Shown piece by piece: positions 41,491 through 55,225 of a stretch of DNA of 64,000 nt. The notes under the pieces were generated by a model. It did no database searches. It was not told the origin of the DNA and saw only the letters and a program-made list of their open reading frames with translations. Source of the stretch: the human T2T-CHM13v2.0 reference genome, Homo sapiens; NCBI RefSeq assembly GCF_009914755.1, contig NC_060934.1, one strand, 5' to 3'. Made by a program: the position numbers and the translations under genes. Positions within the stretch are counted from its first letter, which is position 1, and the number at the start of each line of letters is the position of its first letter.

Positions 41491-42321
41491 TATAGATAAC
41501 ACAAAATTGGCATGTTATTAGTTGTTGTTGAGCCTGGGTAACAGGCCTATTGTACTGTTTCTTTTATTTTGTGTATGTTTTAAATTTTCTGTAATAAAAC
41601 ATGTATAATAATACAAAGTTGATCTACACTGTTAGCTCTTAAGATCTTAGTGACTTTGGGGGAGCAAAAGAGAGAAAGTGGTTACCAGGACATCTGTGAA
41701 GCTGGTTCTATTTCTAGGTTACACACGTGTGTTCACTTTGTAATAATTCATTGAACTTTACATGATTTCTTTGTATATGTCTTTCTGCATGAATGTTATA
41801 CATATATAAAAATTTAAATATTACCTATTTGCACAAAATTTTAACTTCATATCTCAGAATAATAGCACTGTTTTGTACTGTTTTAAAGTGGGACATGTTT
41901 TCTCGGGGCATCATCAGATGGATATTAATATTCCAAGGTATTTACTTATGTTGTAACACTTCGGTGACCTTCTAGGTCTTCCCATGTTTACATCAATTTA
42001 GTAAGTAAGATAGTTTTAATTTTTTAGGGTATAGGCCAAGCACGGTGGCTCATGCCTACAGTCTCAGCTCTTGGGAGGCCAAGGCAGGAGGATCATTTGA
42101 GTCCAGTATTTTGAGTTTTTTTAGGATGCAATTATTATTCAGCAAAGTCCTCTCCCCACGGTGAGGTTCAGCAATGCAAGGGCACCTAGTGCATACTATG
42201 CATTTGGTATGAGTAGAACTGGATTGAATCAGGAATAAAATACGTAGCAGAGGTCAGTTCGGCAAGGAAAAGTAGGTAATGCAGGTAAGATCAGAAGAGC
42301 ACAACCCAGCAGCAAATCTTT

Positions 42322-42486
42322 CCATTTATTTCAGGAACCCATTTGCCACTAGTTCACCGGAAGAGGCTGATTTAAACCATTCATTTCAGGAAACCATTTG
42401 CCACTAGTTCACCAGAAAAGGCTGATTTAAACCATTCATTTCAGGAAACCATTTGCCACTAGTTCACCCAAAGAGGCTGATTTAAA
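42322..42486. repeat. 55-bp minisatellite x3
   Basis: CCATTCATTTCAGGAAACCATTTGCCACTAGTTCACCAGAAAAGGCTGATTTAAA starting at 42322, 42377 and 42432. Confidence 0.95.
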
Positions 42487-42662
42487 GCAGCAGTTTGGGG
42501 GCTTGGTTGTACCCCATAGTCACCCAGAGAGCTTTAAACAGCACTATGGCTCAGGTCCCACTGCAGGGATTCTGAGTTCACTTTTCTATTGCCTTTTGAG
42601 TTTAGGTAATTTTAAAAGCCTCCCTGGTGATTCCTGTGTGCACCCAGGGGGAACAACCCCTG
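42487..42662. mobile_element. MER5-like hAT fragment
   Basis: GGATTCTGA...TTTTAAAAGCCTCCCTGGTGATTC...CACCC. Confidence 0.5.
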
Positions 42663-43067
42663 GTTCGGGATGAGAAATGCATTTGCTGTGCATGCATTCC
42701 ATGTGTGCAGCGGTGATTTGCCCCATGGCCACTCCTGAGTTTGGGGTCTTAGAAAATACACTTGTCCTGTTAAAAATCAAAAAACTACTTCAAGACACAC
42801 TCAGCTGTTTGACTAAAATGCAGCAGGAGAAAATATCTTCTCAAAAGATGTATCTGGATGGCACTTGCTTTCAGAGTAAAAGGTGGTTTCAAGCACAATA
42901 TAGCACTTTTTTCCTACAGGCTTTCAAGGCCTTTTACTATCATATCCTTATGAATCACAGGAATAAAAAAATCATAGTTATATAACTGTCAAATATTGTA
43001 TTAGGAAAAAAATTAAGGGCATGTCTTCCATGCTCATGTATCCTGATTAAAATCAGTTAAGACCCAT

Positions 43068-43360
43068 CTGCCCGGCGTGGTGGCTCACACCTGTAATTCC
43101 AGCACTTTGAAAGGCAGAGGCTGGAGGATCACTTGAGCTCAGGAGTTCAAGACCAGCATGCTCAACATAGAAAAACCTCATCTCTGCCAAAAATACAAAT
43201 ATTATCTGGTTGTGGTAGTGTGCACGTGTGGTCCCAGCTACTTTGGAGGCTGAGGTGGGAGAATCGCTGGAGCACAGAATGTCAAAGCTGCAGTGAACCA
43301 CTGCACCCCAGCCAGAATGACAGGGAAAGAGACCCTGTCTCAGAAATAAAAATAAATAAA
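43068..43360 (+). mobile_element. AluJ
   Basis: GGATCACTTGAGCTCAGGAGTTC, GAGACCCTGTCTC; TAAGACCCAT / GAGACCCAT flanks. Confidence 0.9.
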
Positions 43361-43578
43361 GAGACCCATTCTTTCAGACACCCTCATTCTTCTACATAAA
43401 ACACAGTGCTTTTGACTGAAATGTTTTAAGATGAACTGAAGATTCTCCCATAATCAGGAGCAGTAGATGGAGGTTGCTCCCTTCCTGTTCTTTGAGTTGA
43501 AGCAAGGCAGAGGTCTGGAGACTCAAACTGGTAAGTACTCAAACTGGTAAATATATCAATTGCTTTCTTTTCATATGA

Positions 43579-43962
43579 GGTATTAAGCTATTCTTGCATT
43601 GCTATTTAAAAAACCTGAGACTGGGTAATTTATAAGAAAAGAGTTTGATTGGCTCATGGTTCTGCAGGCTGTACAGGAAGCATAGCACCAGCGTCTGCTT
43701 CTGGGAAGGCCTCGGGAAGCTTACAATCATGGTGAAAGAGAAGCAGGCATCTCACATGGTAGAAGCAGAAACAAGAAAGATGGGGGAGGGATGGGCCACA
43801 CTTCTAAACAACCAGATCTCACGAGTACTCACTATCACAAGGACGGCACAGATCCATGAGGGACTCACCCAGTGATTCAACCACCTCCTCCCCAGGTCCC
43901 ACCTGCCACATTGGGGATTAAAATTCAATATGAGATTTGGAGGGGACATCTAAACTATATCA
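43579..43962 (-). mobile_element. MST-type MaLR solo LTR (MSTA-like)
   Basis: CTGAGACTGGGTAATTTATAAGAAAAGAG...GGTTCTGCAGGCTGTACAGGAAGCAT...ATGAGATTTGGAGGGGACA..AAACTATATCA. Confidence 0.85.
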
Positions 43963-45442
43963 CATGACCATCAGAAAAACAGATGAAGAATTCATGGTTT
44001 CTACTGTCCAGAAACTTTTCATCTAGAGCAAACAGATTAATGGCTGAATTCAGCATCCTGTGGTCGGAAGGGAAATGGATTAATGGCTGAATTCAGCATC
44101 CTGTAGTCGGAAGGGAGAAGGGAGCTGCACAGGGGGCCTTGGCTGCATTTGCTCCATTTCCCTTATGCTGTTCCTTGAGTTCCGATGTCACTACCTGAAG
44201 GGCTATTCATGGACAGAAGAATTATTGTTATTGTTGTGATTATTTCTATTTCTTTTATCTTGGTAAAAATAAGTTTTTAGCTTCTCATATAATTGTCCTA
44301 AAAAACCCTAAGAGTTTCGCTTAAGTTTCTTGTTATCATGTGTTATAAAAATTGACAGGGAAGTGGCTAAAACAGATTAAAATTACACAAGCTCCAAGAG
44401 TCAAGTCTCTGTTGGGGAGGCTTAGGAAAGACAGAACTGGAAATACTCCACCAGCATGAACATCAGAAACATGGGGTCCACTTTCTGTTCCAGCCCTGCC
44501 CAGATCCACCCTCTTCTAAGGCCTCATCCAGGTCTGGCCTCACCCTAGAATCTTCTCTCACAGAACTCATTAAAGGAGACCAGAGATTCGGGCGCGGGCT
44601 CCTGCTGCCTCTCCTGAGCTGGTGCCCACAATTTCCTAAAATGGAAAAGCAGATAAGTGGAAGCAAATAATTCTGTATTTGGGGGTTATAATTTCTTTTT
44701 CATTGAAGCCAGTGCTTCTAGAGACACCCCACCTAGCAACTTGTTTTCCATTCCTGCAAATTCAGTAGCTGCTCCACAAGGCACAAGAAGGTAAATATAA
44801 ATATAAAACATCTCTCTGAACAGTTCATCCTTTTTTCTTTATCCCTTCATCTGTCGATATAGCTTTTATTCTGCACATTTTATTTTCCAGGTAAATAATT
44901 TTTAAAATGGAAGAAAAAATAGAAACGCTAGGCCCTTCATTTAAATCCTGAAAATTACAGAAAACTTAGCACCCAACTCCCAGGGTGCTATGAGGATTAA
45001 CTCACATCATGTAATGTTTCCTGAACAGTGCTCTGTAACAGACTTCTGAACACATAGTACGTGCTCAATAAACATTGTATTAACTCATGTGTACATGTTT
45101 TCCAAATGCAGACTTACTCAAACATTGATGCCTTCTCTAGGCTTTCTAAACTGCAAAGAGCCAGCAGAAAATGACATGTTTGAAAATGGCGATTGGTGGC
45201 TTCCACTTTGAGCCAAAAGTATTTGTGTTGTGGTAACAGTGTTGGGTGTCAGGAGCTCTGTGCTGTGCCTACTTTCTCTAGCTGAGTGCTACTCTATTGG
45301 ATGTAGTGGAAGAAACATCAGCATTAAGAGGAGACTTTTTAAAGAAGCCAATTCATGGACCCCTTCCAAACCTGCAGAATCACATTACTAAGAGAGAGCC
45401 TGGAATCGGAAATAATTCATATGCACATTGAAACTTGAGAGG

Positions 45443-45739
45443 CAGCCGGGTGCGGTGACTTATGCCTGTAATCCCAACACTTTGGGAGGCGGAAGTGGGC
45501 AGATAACCTGAGGTCAGGAGTTCAAGACTAGCCTGGGCAAAATGACCAAACCATGTCTCTACTAAAACATACAAAAATTAGCCAGGTGTGGTGGCTGGTG
45601 CCTGTAATCCTAGCTACTCGGGTGGCTGAGACTGCAGAATCCCTTGAACCTGGGAGGTGGAGGTTGCAGTGGGCCAAGATGGTGCCACTGCACTCCTGCT
45701 GGACAATGAGTGAAAACTCTGTCAAAAGAAAAGAAAGAC

Positions 45740-45802
<63 letters not shown>

Positions 45803-45810
45803 AAAGAAAG
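45443..45810 (+). mobile_element. AluS with (GAAA)n microsatellite tail
   Basis: Dimeric Alu; about 85-bp GAAA tract 45724-45810; ACTTGAGAG duplicated on both sides. Confidence 0.92.
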
Positions 45811-45949
45811 ACTTGAGAGTGATGCTTAGCTAAGTGGCTCTCGGCCCATGCTTCCAGCCGTAATCACATGGCCAGCTTAAAGAAATACCATCACCTGTGC
45901 CCTCCCCAGAGACTCTGTCTATTGATCTTGGTGGGAGCATCTATGTGGT

Positions 45950-47929
45950 TGTAATTAGAAAGTCAAATTGTCCCTCTTTGATGATAATATAATATCATAT
46001 ATACAAAAATTCTAAAGACCACCAAAAAACTCTTAGATTTGATAAATAAATTTAATAATGTTTCAGGATGCAAAAATCAACGTACAAAAATTGATAGCAT
46101 TTTTATACACTAATGATGATCAAGCTGAGAACTGAATTAAAAAGTCACTTCCTTTTACAATAGCTACAAAAAAAGGTAAAATGCTTAGAAATACAATTGG
46201 TCAAAGAGATGAACGATGCCTTCAAGGAAAACTACAAAACACTGATGAAAGAAATTGTACATGACACAAATGAGAAAAACATCCCATGCTTATGGATTGG
46301 AAGAATTATGATCAATAAAATGACTCTACTGCCCAAAACAATCTACATATTAAATGCAATTCCTACCAAAATGCCAATGTAATTTTTTATAAAATTAGAA
46401 AAAAAAACCACTAAAATTCTTATGGAACCACAAAAAGAGCCTGAATAGTCAAAGCAAATCTAAGCAAAGAGAATAAAGCTGGAGATATTACATTATCTGA
46501 ATTAAAATTATGCTAGAAGGCTGTAGTAACCAAAACAACATGGTACTGATATAAATCGACACATAGATCAATGGTACAGAATAGAGAACCTAGAAATAAA
46601 GCCACATACCTACAAACGACTGATCTTTTACAAAGTCAACATAAACACACACTGGAGAAATGACATCCTATTCAACAAATTGTGCTGGAAAAATTATATT
46701 TCCGTATGCAGAAGAATGGAATGGGACCCCTATGTCCCACCATATACAAAAATCAACTCAATATGGATTAAAAGACTAAAATGTAAGACCTGAAACTATA
46801 AAAATGCTAGAAGAAACTCTAGGATAAACTCTTCTAGACATTGACTTGGACAAAGAATTTATGACTAAGATCTCAAAAGCAGATGTAACAATAACAAAAA
46901 TAGACAACAAGAACTCAATTAAACTAAAAAGCTCCTGAAAATGAGCTTTCTAATTAACACAGTGAACAGAAAACCTATGGAATGAGATAAATGTTTATGA
47001 GTTTTGCATGTGACAAAGATCTAATGTCCAGAATATGCAAGGAACTCAAACAGCTCAACAAAAATAAAACAAGTAACCTCATTAAAAAGCAAGCAAAGAA
47101 CATGAACATTAAAAAAAAAAAGACACTGATGGTCAATGGTCAACAAGCACGTAAAAGATGCTCAACCTTGTCAATGATCAGAGAAATGCCAATTAAAAAC
47201 CACAACGAGATACCAACTTACACCATGCAGAATGGCTATTACTAAAAAGCAGAAAAATGAGCTATCAGCAAGGATACAGAGAAAAGAGAACATTTATACA
47301 TTGTTTGTGGGAAAGTAACTTTCTACAACCTCTGTAAAACAGTATGGAGATTTCAAAATAGACTAAAAATAGAACTTCCATTTGATTCAGCACTCCCACT
47401 ACTTGGTATCTACCCAAAGGAAAATAATTTGTTACATAAAGAAAATACCCATGCTGACATGTTTATCACAGCACTATTCATAATAGCCGATATATGAAAT
47501 CAATTTAAATTTATCAGTCAATAATCGAATAAAGAAAATGTGCTATACGAGTATACCATGGAATGCTACTCAGCCATGAAGAAGAATAAAATCATGTCTT
47601 TTGCAACAACATGAATAAAACCGGAGGCCATTATTGTAAGTGAAAAAACTCAGAAACAGAAAATCAAATTCAGTATTTTCTCACTTGTAAGTGGGAACTC
47701 AATTAAGCATACACTTGGATATAGAGACTGGAAAAATAGACACTGGAGACTCAGAAAGATGGGAGGTTGGAGAGGGTTTAGGAATGAGAAAATAACTAAT
47801 TGGGACAATAAACAACATTCAGATGATTGTCACACCAAAAGCCCATACTTCATCACTATGCAACATGCTTCTGTAAGGGAGCTGCATTTGTACTCTTTAA
47901 CGTATTAATAAAGAGATTAAAAAAAAAAA
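45950..47929 (+). mobile_element. L1PB-like 3' ORF2 and 3' UTR
   Basis: [20 protein letters not shown] (ORF2), 3' UTR and A tail. Confidence 0.88.
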
Positions 47930-48247
<318 letters not shown>

Positions 48248-48688
48248 TTATCAAGAGGACAAACTGAATAGACCTCATAATTTTCATAAATAATTAGATT
48301 AGGCAAAAAATTTTAATAAAAATAAATAGAAAATAATATTGTATTTTAAGAATGGTATAGAAAGATAATTTGATGAATTAGAGTAGTTAGTACTTAGCAC
48401 ATACAATATGTTAGGCAAGATTCTAAGCCACTTAGACCTTTATAGACAGAATATGTAACAGAGTAAAATAAATAACACAAAGATTCATTGGCAATGACAA
48501 ATTGACATATTTTCAATAATATTAGATGATATTAAAACCATTGACAAATTTACTGTTTTGTTTCATAATAAAAAAGAATGTTAAATAACTTCATTAAAAA
48601 GTTGGCTAATTAGGCATATAGATAAATGGGCAGCATTTTGACCAGTACACAGGGGATACACATTTTCAAAGACCAGACAAAATTATTT

Positions 48689-49778
48689 ATTTATTTTTTG
48701 GGGGAGAGGACAGTTTTATTATCTGGGGATACAGTGGGGTCCTCTCCCTGGGAGGTGGGTCTTCCACTGGTTTTCCCCGCCAGGGCTCCAGGGGGCGCCA
48801 TGCGATTCAGCGCTGGGCTCCGCTGGGGGCCGGGCCTTGGAGGAGGCGAACCGTGCAGGGAAGCGGCAGCCGTGGGGTCCTCACCGCCCGCTCCGCCGGG
48901 CTGCACCCGGCCCCCTGGTGCTCCTCAGGCTCCCGCCGAGTCTGCGTCTCTGGAGGGCAGCGAACCATCCTGCCCAGAACCTTATCCTCACAGTCCATTT
49001 TGACGCAGGTCAGGCATTTCTGCTTCCTCCTCTCGGGCTGGGCTTTGCACTTGGGTTTCTTCCAGGCCTTCCTCCAGCCGCTTCCCTGTCTGCCGGAGCT
49101 TAAATTCCAGCCTCACAGATGTTCCAGCTGGGAAGGGCGTGTCCAGGGCGCTGTCCACACTGGTCTCCCGGAAGGCCCGCTGCACGGGCGGGTGCTTGCA
49201 GATTCCTCCAGGGCCACCTGCAGGCCCCGGCGCTGGCCCCGTGAGCTCGGCCCCTCCCGCGTCCCCCGCGCCCACCCACGGGGCCAGCGAGATCCGCAGC
49301 CGTCTCAGGCTTCCCCTGTCACCCCGGCCCTGCGAAGCGGGTGTGCGCCCCTTAGTTCTCCGAGCCCGCCGGGAGCCACCTCCTCCCCTGCCCCTGGAGG
49401 GGGCCACGCCCGCAGAACGCTGGGCAGAGGCGAAGGAACCGGGAAACGTCCCTTTTCTCCACACTGACCTTCGGGTCTGCTGGGTCCTCTCCACTCCCTC
49501 CCACCCTGCCCGCGCTGTTCCCTGGGGCCCGCAGTTTCAGCAAAGTTCCCTGCCGCGCCGGGAAGCCGTCCTGTTGCCCACTCTCACCCTTCCTCCTTTC
49601 CCGGCCCATTCTCTCTCCCCACTGGGTCTCCGACACGACCCTCTCTCCTCCCGGCTGTCCCCGAGCCCCTCTCTGCTTCCCCAGCTCAGCCCCCTCTCTG
49701 ACGGCTTCTCCCTCCCACCCCCAGGCGAATCTCCGGGCTCCCACGGGGTGCCCCCGATCCCCGGGGTCTAGGTCAACC
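48689..49778 (-). pseudogene. RARRES2P: Processed RARRES2 (chemerin) pseudogene; probably RARRES2P2 if this is 10q
   Basis: Intronless KHPPVQRAFRETSVDSALDTPFPAGTSVRLEFKLRQT and EDKVLGRMVRCPPETQ match chemerin; start codon now CTG (49308); frameshifts; AATAAA 48715-48720, A tail, 13-bp TSD GACAAAATTATTT (48676-48688, 49779-49791). Confidence 0.92.
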
Positions 49779-49949
49779 GACAAAATTATTTTAAATGGGA
49801 AGATTTGAATTCCATTGAATTCATGGAAGCAGGAATCCATCTGGTCATATTTTAAATAATTTTGAAATGATAATAGCAATTATCAATTTAAAGTTTAACC
49901 AGAATTCAGAATAACCACCATTTTACCAGAAAAAAAAAAAACCTGTTAT

Positions 49950-51840
49950 AACTAACCAACTAAGTCAGTAAATTCTCAGGATACAATATTAACATATGAA
50001 CATCAGTTGCATTTTTTTACAGTAACAACAAAATATCTGAAACAGGAATAAAGATAGTTCCATTTACAATATTATCAAAAGAATGAAATACTTAGGAATG
50101 AGTTAACAAAGAATATGAAAGATCTGCATACTGAAAACTATAAAATGTTGAGGAAAGAAAATGAAGAATACAAAATGGGAAATATGTGTTCATGGATTCT
50201 AAAAATTAATATTGTTAAAATATCCATACTACACAAAGTGATCTACAGAGTTAAATTTTTATCAAAATTTTAATGCCATTTTATTAAAATGTAGAACGAC
50301 AATTTTAAAATTAGTATGGAACCACAAAAGACCTCAAATAGCCAAATACTGAGAAGAACAAAAAGGCTGAAAGCCTCACACTTCCTGATTTCAAACTATA
50401 TTACAAAGCTGTAGTCATTAATACAGTATAGTACCTACATAAAAACCAATAGAACAGAATAGAGGACCCAGAAATAAACTCACAAATATACAGTCGACCA
50501 ATCCCACAGAATGGAGAAAGGATAAACACATCAAGGAGTGGTGTAGGAAAAACTCGATATGCACAGACAAAAAGTAAACCTTTCTCTCATGTCATCACAA
50601 AATGAATTTGAAATGAAATAAAGACTTAAACATAAGAACTGAAATCATGAATCCTCTAAAAAAAAAATGGGGAAAAGCCTCCTTGACACTGGTCATGGCA
50701 ATGATGTTTCGGATTTGACACCAGGAGCGCAGTCAACAAAAGCAAAAATAAACAAGTGGAACTATGTCAAAGTAAAAATTTTCTGCACAATAAAGGAAAC
50801 AATCAGCAAAATATAAAGGCATTATATGGAATGGGAGAAAATATTTGTAAACCATATGTAGGATAATATGTTACTATCCAAAATATATGTCATAGTAATC
50901 AATACAAAAAACCCACAGCAGAATTAAAAGCAATTTCTTGATTAATAATTGGGCAAAATATATAAATAGCAATTTTTCCAAAGATATACAAATGGCCAGC
51001 AGGTATATAAAAAATGCTCAACATCACTAATTATCACAGTAATTAAAATCAAAATCACAATGAGGTATCACCTTATCGTGGTGTTTGGATACCTATTATC
51101 AAAAAGTCAAAAGACAAAAAGCGTTAGGGTGTGGAAAAAGAGAACACTTGTGCACTGTTGCTGAGGATGTCAATTGGTGCAGCTATTATGAAAAACAGTA
51201 TGGAGGTTCCTTAAAATTGTTAAACTAGAACTACCATTAATCCCAATTAGGAGTATATAGCCAAAGGACATAAAATCAGGATCATCAAGGGTATCTGCAC
51301 TCCTCTGATACAGATAAACTGAGAGACATAATTTCAGCTTTAATAAAAATGAAACTCATCCACTACAATATTGATAAATCTTGACGACATTATGCTAAGC
51401 GAAATAAGCTGAATACAGAAAGACAACTACTGCATGATCTCGTTTGTATGTAAAATCTAAAAAAGTAAATAAAAATTTAAAAAAAGCCATGGAAACAGTA
51501 GAACGCTGGTTCCCATGGGCTAGGAAGTGGGGAAAGTGGGGAGATTTCCATGGAAGGGGCGCACCTTCAGTTACAAGGTGAGTAACTGCTGGGGACCTAA
51601 TGTACAGAATAGTGACTATAGTTAACAATACTGTGTACTTGAAATTTGCTGCAAGAGTAGATCTCAGGTGCTCTCACCACACACAGAGGCGTATTCACTA
51701 TGTGAGGGGATAGACAGGCTAACTAGCTTAACTGAGGTGATTTAAAGACCACTGACATCTCAAAACACTCTATTGTACACCCTAAAAATACACACTTTTC
51801 AATTTGTCAATCATAGCTCAACGAATGGAGAAAAAAAATA
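49950..51840 (+). mobile_element. L1MA-type 3' ORF2 and 3' UTR
   Basis: ATCAGTTGCATTT, CACACTTCCTGATTTCAAACTATATTACAAAGCT, ACTTGAAATTTGCT..GAGTAGATCT..TCTCACCAC 3' UTR. Confidence 0.85.
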
Positions 51841-51847
51841 AGAGTAA

Positions 51848-54800
51848 CCAGCAGGTCATAGCTCGCCACACGGAAGCTCGATTTAAAACACGCTTGGCCG
51901 CTGTTCGCAGCTCAACTCGGGAACGGCCGGAGCGCTTCCGGCCCCTGGACTTCGACGCTCCTCCCGCGCCCCCGGGGCTGGGGAAGGCACAGTCGTTCCC
52001 CGGATTCCAGGCACGCAGATCCGGCAGGGCCATCGCCGTCCCCCTGCTCTTGCCGCAGCCCCGTCAGGCTCCGCGTTTCGGGGCCTCCTGGCCGGGGAGG
52101 CTGCCTGTGGCTGCCCGCGCGCCCCCGGGGCTGTGGCTCCGCCGGCCCCCGCTCCGGCCCCGCGCAGCCCCTCCGAGAACGCAGCCGTCTGGTCCCGAAC
52201 TCGCGGCCTCTGCCCGTAGCCGCCGCCAGCGCCTTCGCTGTGGCCGCTCCTCCCCCTCCCCGAGCCCGAGCTGGCCCAGCGGAGAAGGAGGGCGGAGAAG
52301 CTGGAACCCGAACGCGGAGCTGCAGGCGGCAGGTGCGGGAACGGGAGAAGCTATGGCCTCGCCCAGGACGGCTGCTCAGAGCGACACGAGCAACCGCCAG
52401 GAGCTCCGCACGCAGCTGGAAGAACTCAGTAACGTACTCCGCTGTGGGAGACATGGAGGTAATAAAAGTCTGATGTAGAAGTACTCGCAGAGAACCATGC
52501 TCCTTGGTCAATCTCAGATTATTATTATCAGACCTACCCTAATGACGTTAGTCTTCCAAATAAAGTGAGTGACTGAACTGTCAAATCAGCAAGATCAGGA
52601 TATTGAAAGTCCTGCTTTGAATTCTAACGACCAGTTATAAGTAGAAAATGACACTCACCCTGGTACTGATAGGACAGCAAATGTTAAGTGTAGACAAGAG
52701 GGTCATCTGCCTCCAATTCACAGGAGCCAGCATCTGCATTAGCAGCACAAGATACGTCCTTAGAAGGTTCGTCATTAGCTGGAAGTTTGAGAGCTGCAGC
52801 GGAAGCGGCTTTGTCACAGACTGGATTTAGTGATGATGAAAATACTGGACTGTATTTTGACCACAGCACTGGTTTCTATTAAGATTCTGAGAATCAAATA
52901 TATTATGATTTAATTTATTACTACTGTGATGTGGAAAGTGGTCGCTATCGATTTCATTCTCGAGTAGATTTGCAACCTTATCAGACTTATAGCACGAAAC
53001 AAAAACGAAAAATTGAGAAAAGAAAGGATTCTTCTACAAAAAAACGATGAGGAAAAGGATTTGAATTCAGAGGATCAAGAAGCCTTCAGTGTTGAACATA
53101 CAAGCTGCAACGGGAAAGACAATTTCACAAATGTGAAAAAAAAAGCCAAAATAGGCATTCATCACAAAAATAATCCCCAAAATTCACTGTTCCAGTTAGT
53201 GGAAATCCTATGGAATCTCCTTTTAATGAAAACATCTCAATTCATCTTTAAGGATGAGAAAATCACAGAGACTGATGGTGAACCAGAAGAAGGTGAAATT
53301 ACAGACTCTCATACCGAGGGTAGTTACGATGAAGGCATTACCAGTAAAGGCAATGCAACTGCAAAAGATACTGAGGAGGAAGATGAGGAAAAAGTGTGGC
53401 CTCATATATGAGAGTGATTGTCATTAGATCACCTGTGCTACAGACAGGATCATTCTTCATCATTACTGCTGCAAAACCTGCTACAATTGGAAGAGAAAAT
53501 GATATGGAGAATACTCTTCAAATCCCTGAAGTTGGTGTAAGTTTCATGCAGAAATCTATTTTGACCTTGACTTACAAAGTTATGTCCTTTTGGATCAGAC
53601 AGTCAAAATGGAACAATTGTTAATGTAAAATGGATTGTTCAGCTGAAAACTAAATGTGACCCTTATGAACCTGAGCATGGAGATAAAGTGAAAGTTGGAG
53701 ACACTGTGTTATCTTATTACATTCACCCTGGCAGTAATAGCTGTGTTGGATGTGAACCAGGGCAGGTTAGAGCTCACCTTTTCCTTGACAAGAAAGATGA
53801 ATCATTTGTTGGTCCATCATTAACTAAGAAGGAAACGAGTTGGAAAGAAGAAAAGGATTTTAAAAATATACGAGTAAAATATGGTTTACAGAATACAGAC
53901 TACAAAGATGATAAGATACTGGAGAATCAAAAATATAAAGATAGAGCTGGAAAACATAGGGAGCAGATTGGAAGTGAAGGAAATTTCCAAAGAGATGATG
54001 CTCCTGCATCTGTTCATTCTGAAATTACTGATAGCGACAAAGGTCAGAAGATGTTGAAAAAGATGTGTTGAAAACAGGAGAAGGCCTGGGGAAGGATGGT
54101 GGGAGAATAAAAACTCCAGTACAGCTTCAGCCTTGGCAAACACATGCAGGATTGGAGACAGACAAACCATCCTCAATTAAAGAGACTCACCTTCTCCAAA
54201 ACAAGAACAACAACAACTGGGACAAAGCTCAGGAGAGGTTTGCCGAAAACTTTCCAGAAACTAAACTTCCAAAAGATGACCTAGGAACCATTCCTTGGGT
54301 AAAAGGGACTGAGGAGTGAAGGTTAATCACAGAAGAAAACTCAAGCTTTTTTATAAATAGAGTTTGGAAACTCTTATTTTATTGCAGAATGTTTCTCCCC
54401 AAAAAAGTCAGTGGCATGAGAAAGCTGTGTCACAGTTTACCCCTTCCTGATTCAGAAATGTGTAATAAAATGTGGTTTGCAGCTTTTAAAAAACACTTTT
54501 TAAATTAATTATTAGTGACTGAATTAAGTTATACAGTAAGTGAACTAAAGTTCACAGGGCACAGATAAGTTTATCAAACTTACTATTTTATCTTGTCATT
54601 TACAACATCCATATAAGCAATTAGCCATATAAGCAAAATTCATATAACCACTTAAATGCTCATTTGTCCTTGTCTCCATATATTCATAGTAGTATGCACA
54701 GAAAATACAGCAAAAGAAACATCTAAAATCTATAAAAATAAATCTGACAATATACATTCTTTTTTATGTCCTTCAGGACCTAGATAAAAAATGTTGAGAC

Positions 54801-55225
54801 AACATAAATAGTGATGCATACATTTTCTTATATTTGGAATAGCCTAAATCATATTAAAGAACTAATGAACAGGTGACATGTCACAGAAAATTCGTCTTTT
54901 ATTGTTTTCTTAGGTGAAGAATCTGTATTTGTTGATATATACTGTACATTCAGCATTTGTATTTGGTTTGTTTCATAGCTAATGAAATGTTTATACATGA
55001 AAAAATGAGTACAGTATTGAAATAGTCCATGTGCTGGCATTCATACTTTTTATAAATACCATTGCAGGCAATGAAGTTGTGCCAGAAAAATCTGATTTTG
55101 AGTACAAAAGGAATACTTAGCCAGGGCCTCGAGCTCAATATATTTATTGAAAATGTCCTAAATTGCCATAAAACATTATAACATTAAATTACTCATTTCA
55201 ATAAATTATGAATTAAACAAAAAAT
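51848..55225 (+). pseudogene. AGGF1P: Processed AGGF1 pseudogene; probably AGGF1P2 if this is 10q
   Basis: Intronless, frameshifted AGGF1: QELRTQLEELS coiled coil, OCRE-like Tyr-rich region, FHA (PATIGRE..IPEVGVS), G-patch (KMLKKM..GEGLGKDG), ending PWVKGTEE* at 54319; AATAAA 55200-55205 and A-tail remnant. Confidence 0.95.

Noticed and set aside
44035-44115. 43-bp tandem duplication
   Set aside because: Real, but an ordinary two-copy slippage event with no functional cue
48626-49879. Plus-strand ORFs of 125-210 aa
   Set aside because: Antisense shadows of the GC-rich RARRES2 retrocopy
51804-52511. 224-aa and 199-aa ORFs
   Set aside because: Read through an L1 tail and the AGGF1 5' UTR CpG island; non-ATG start or antisense
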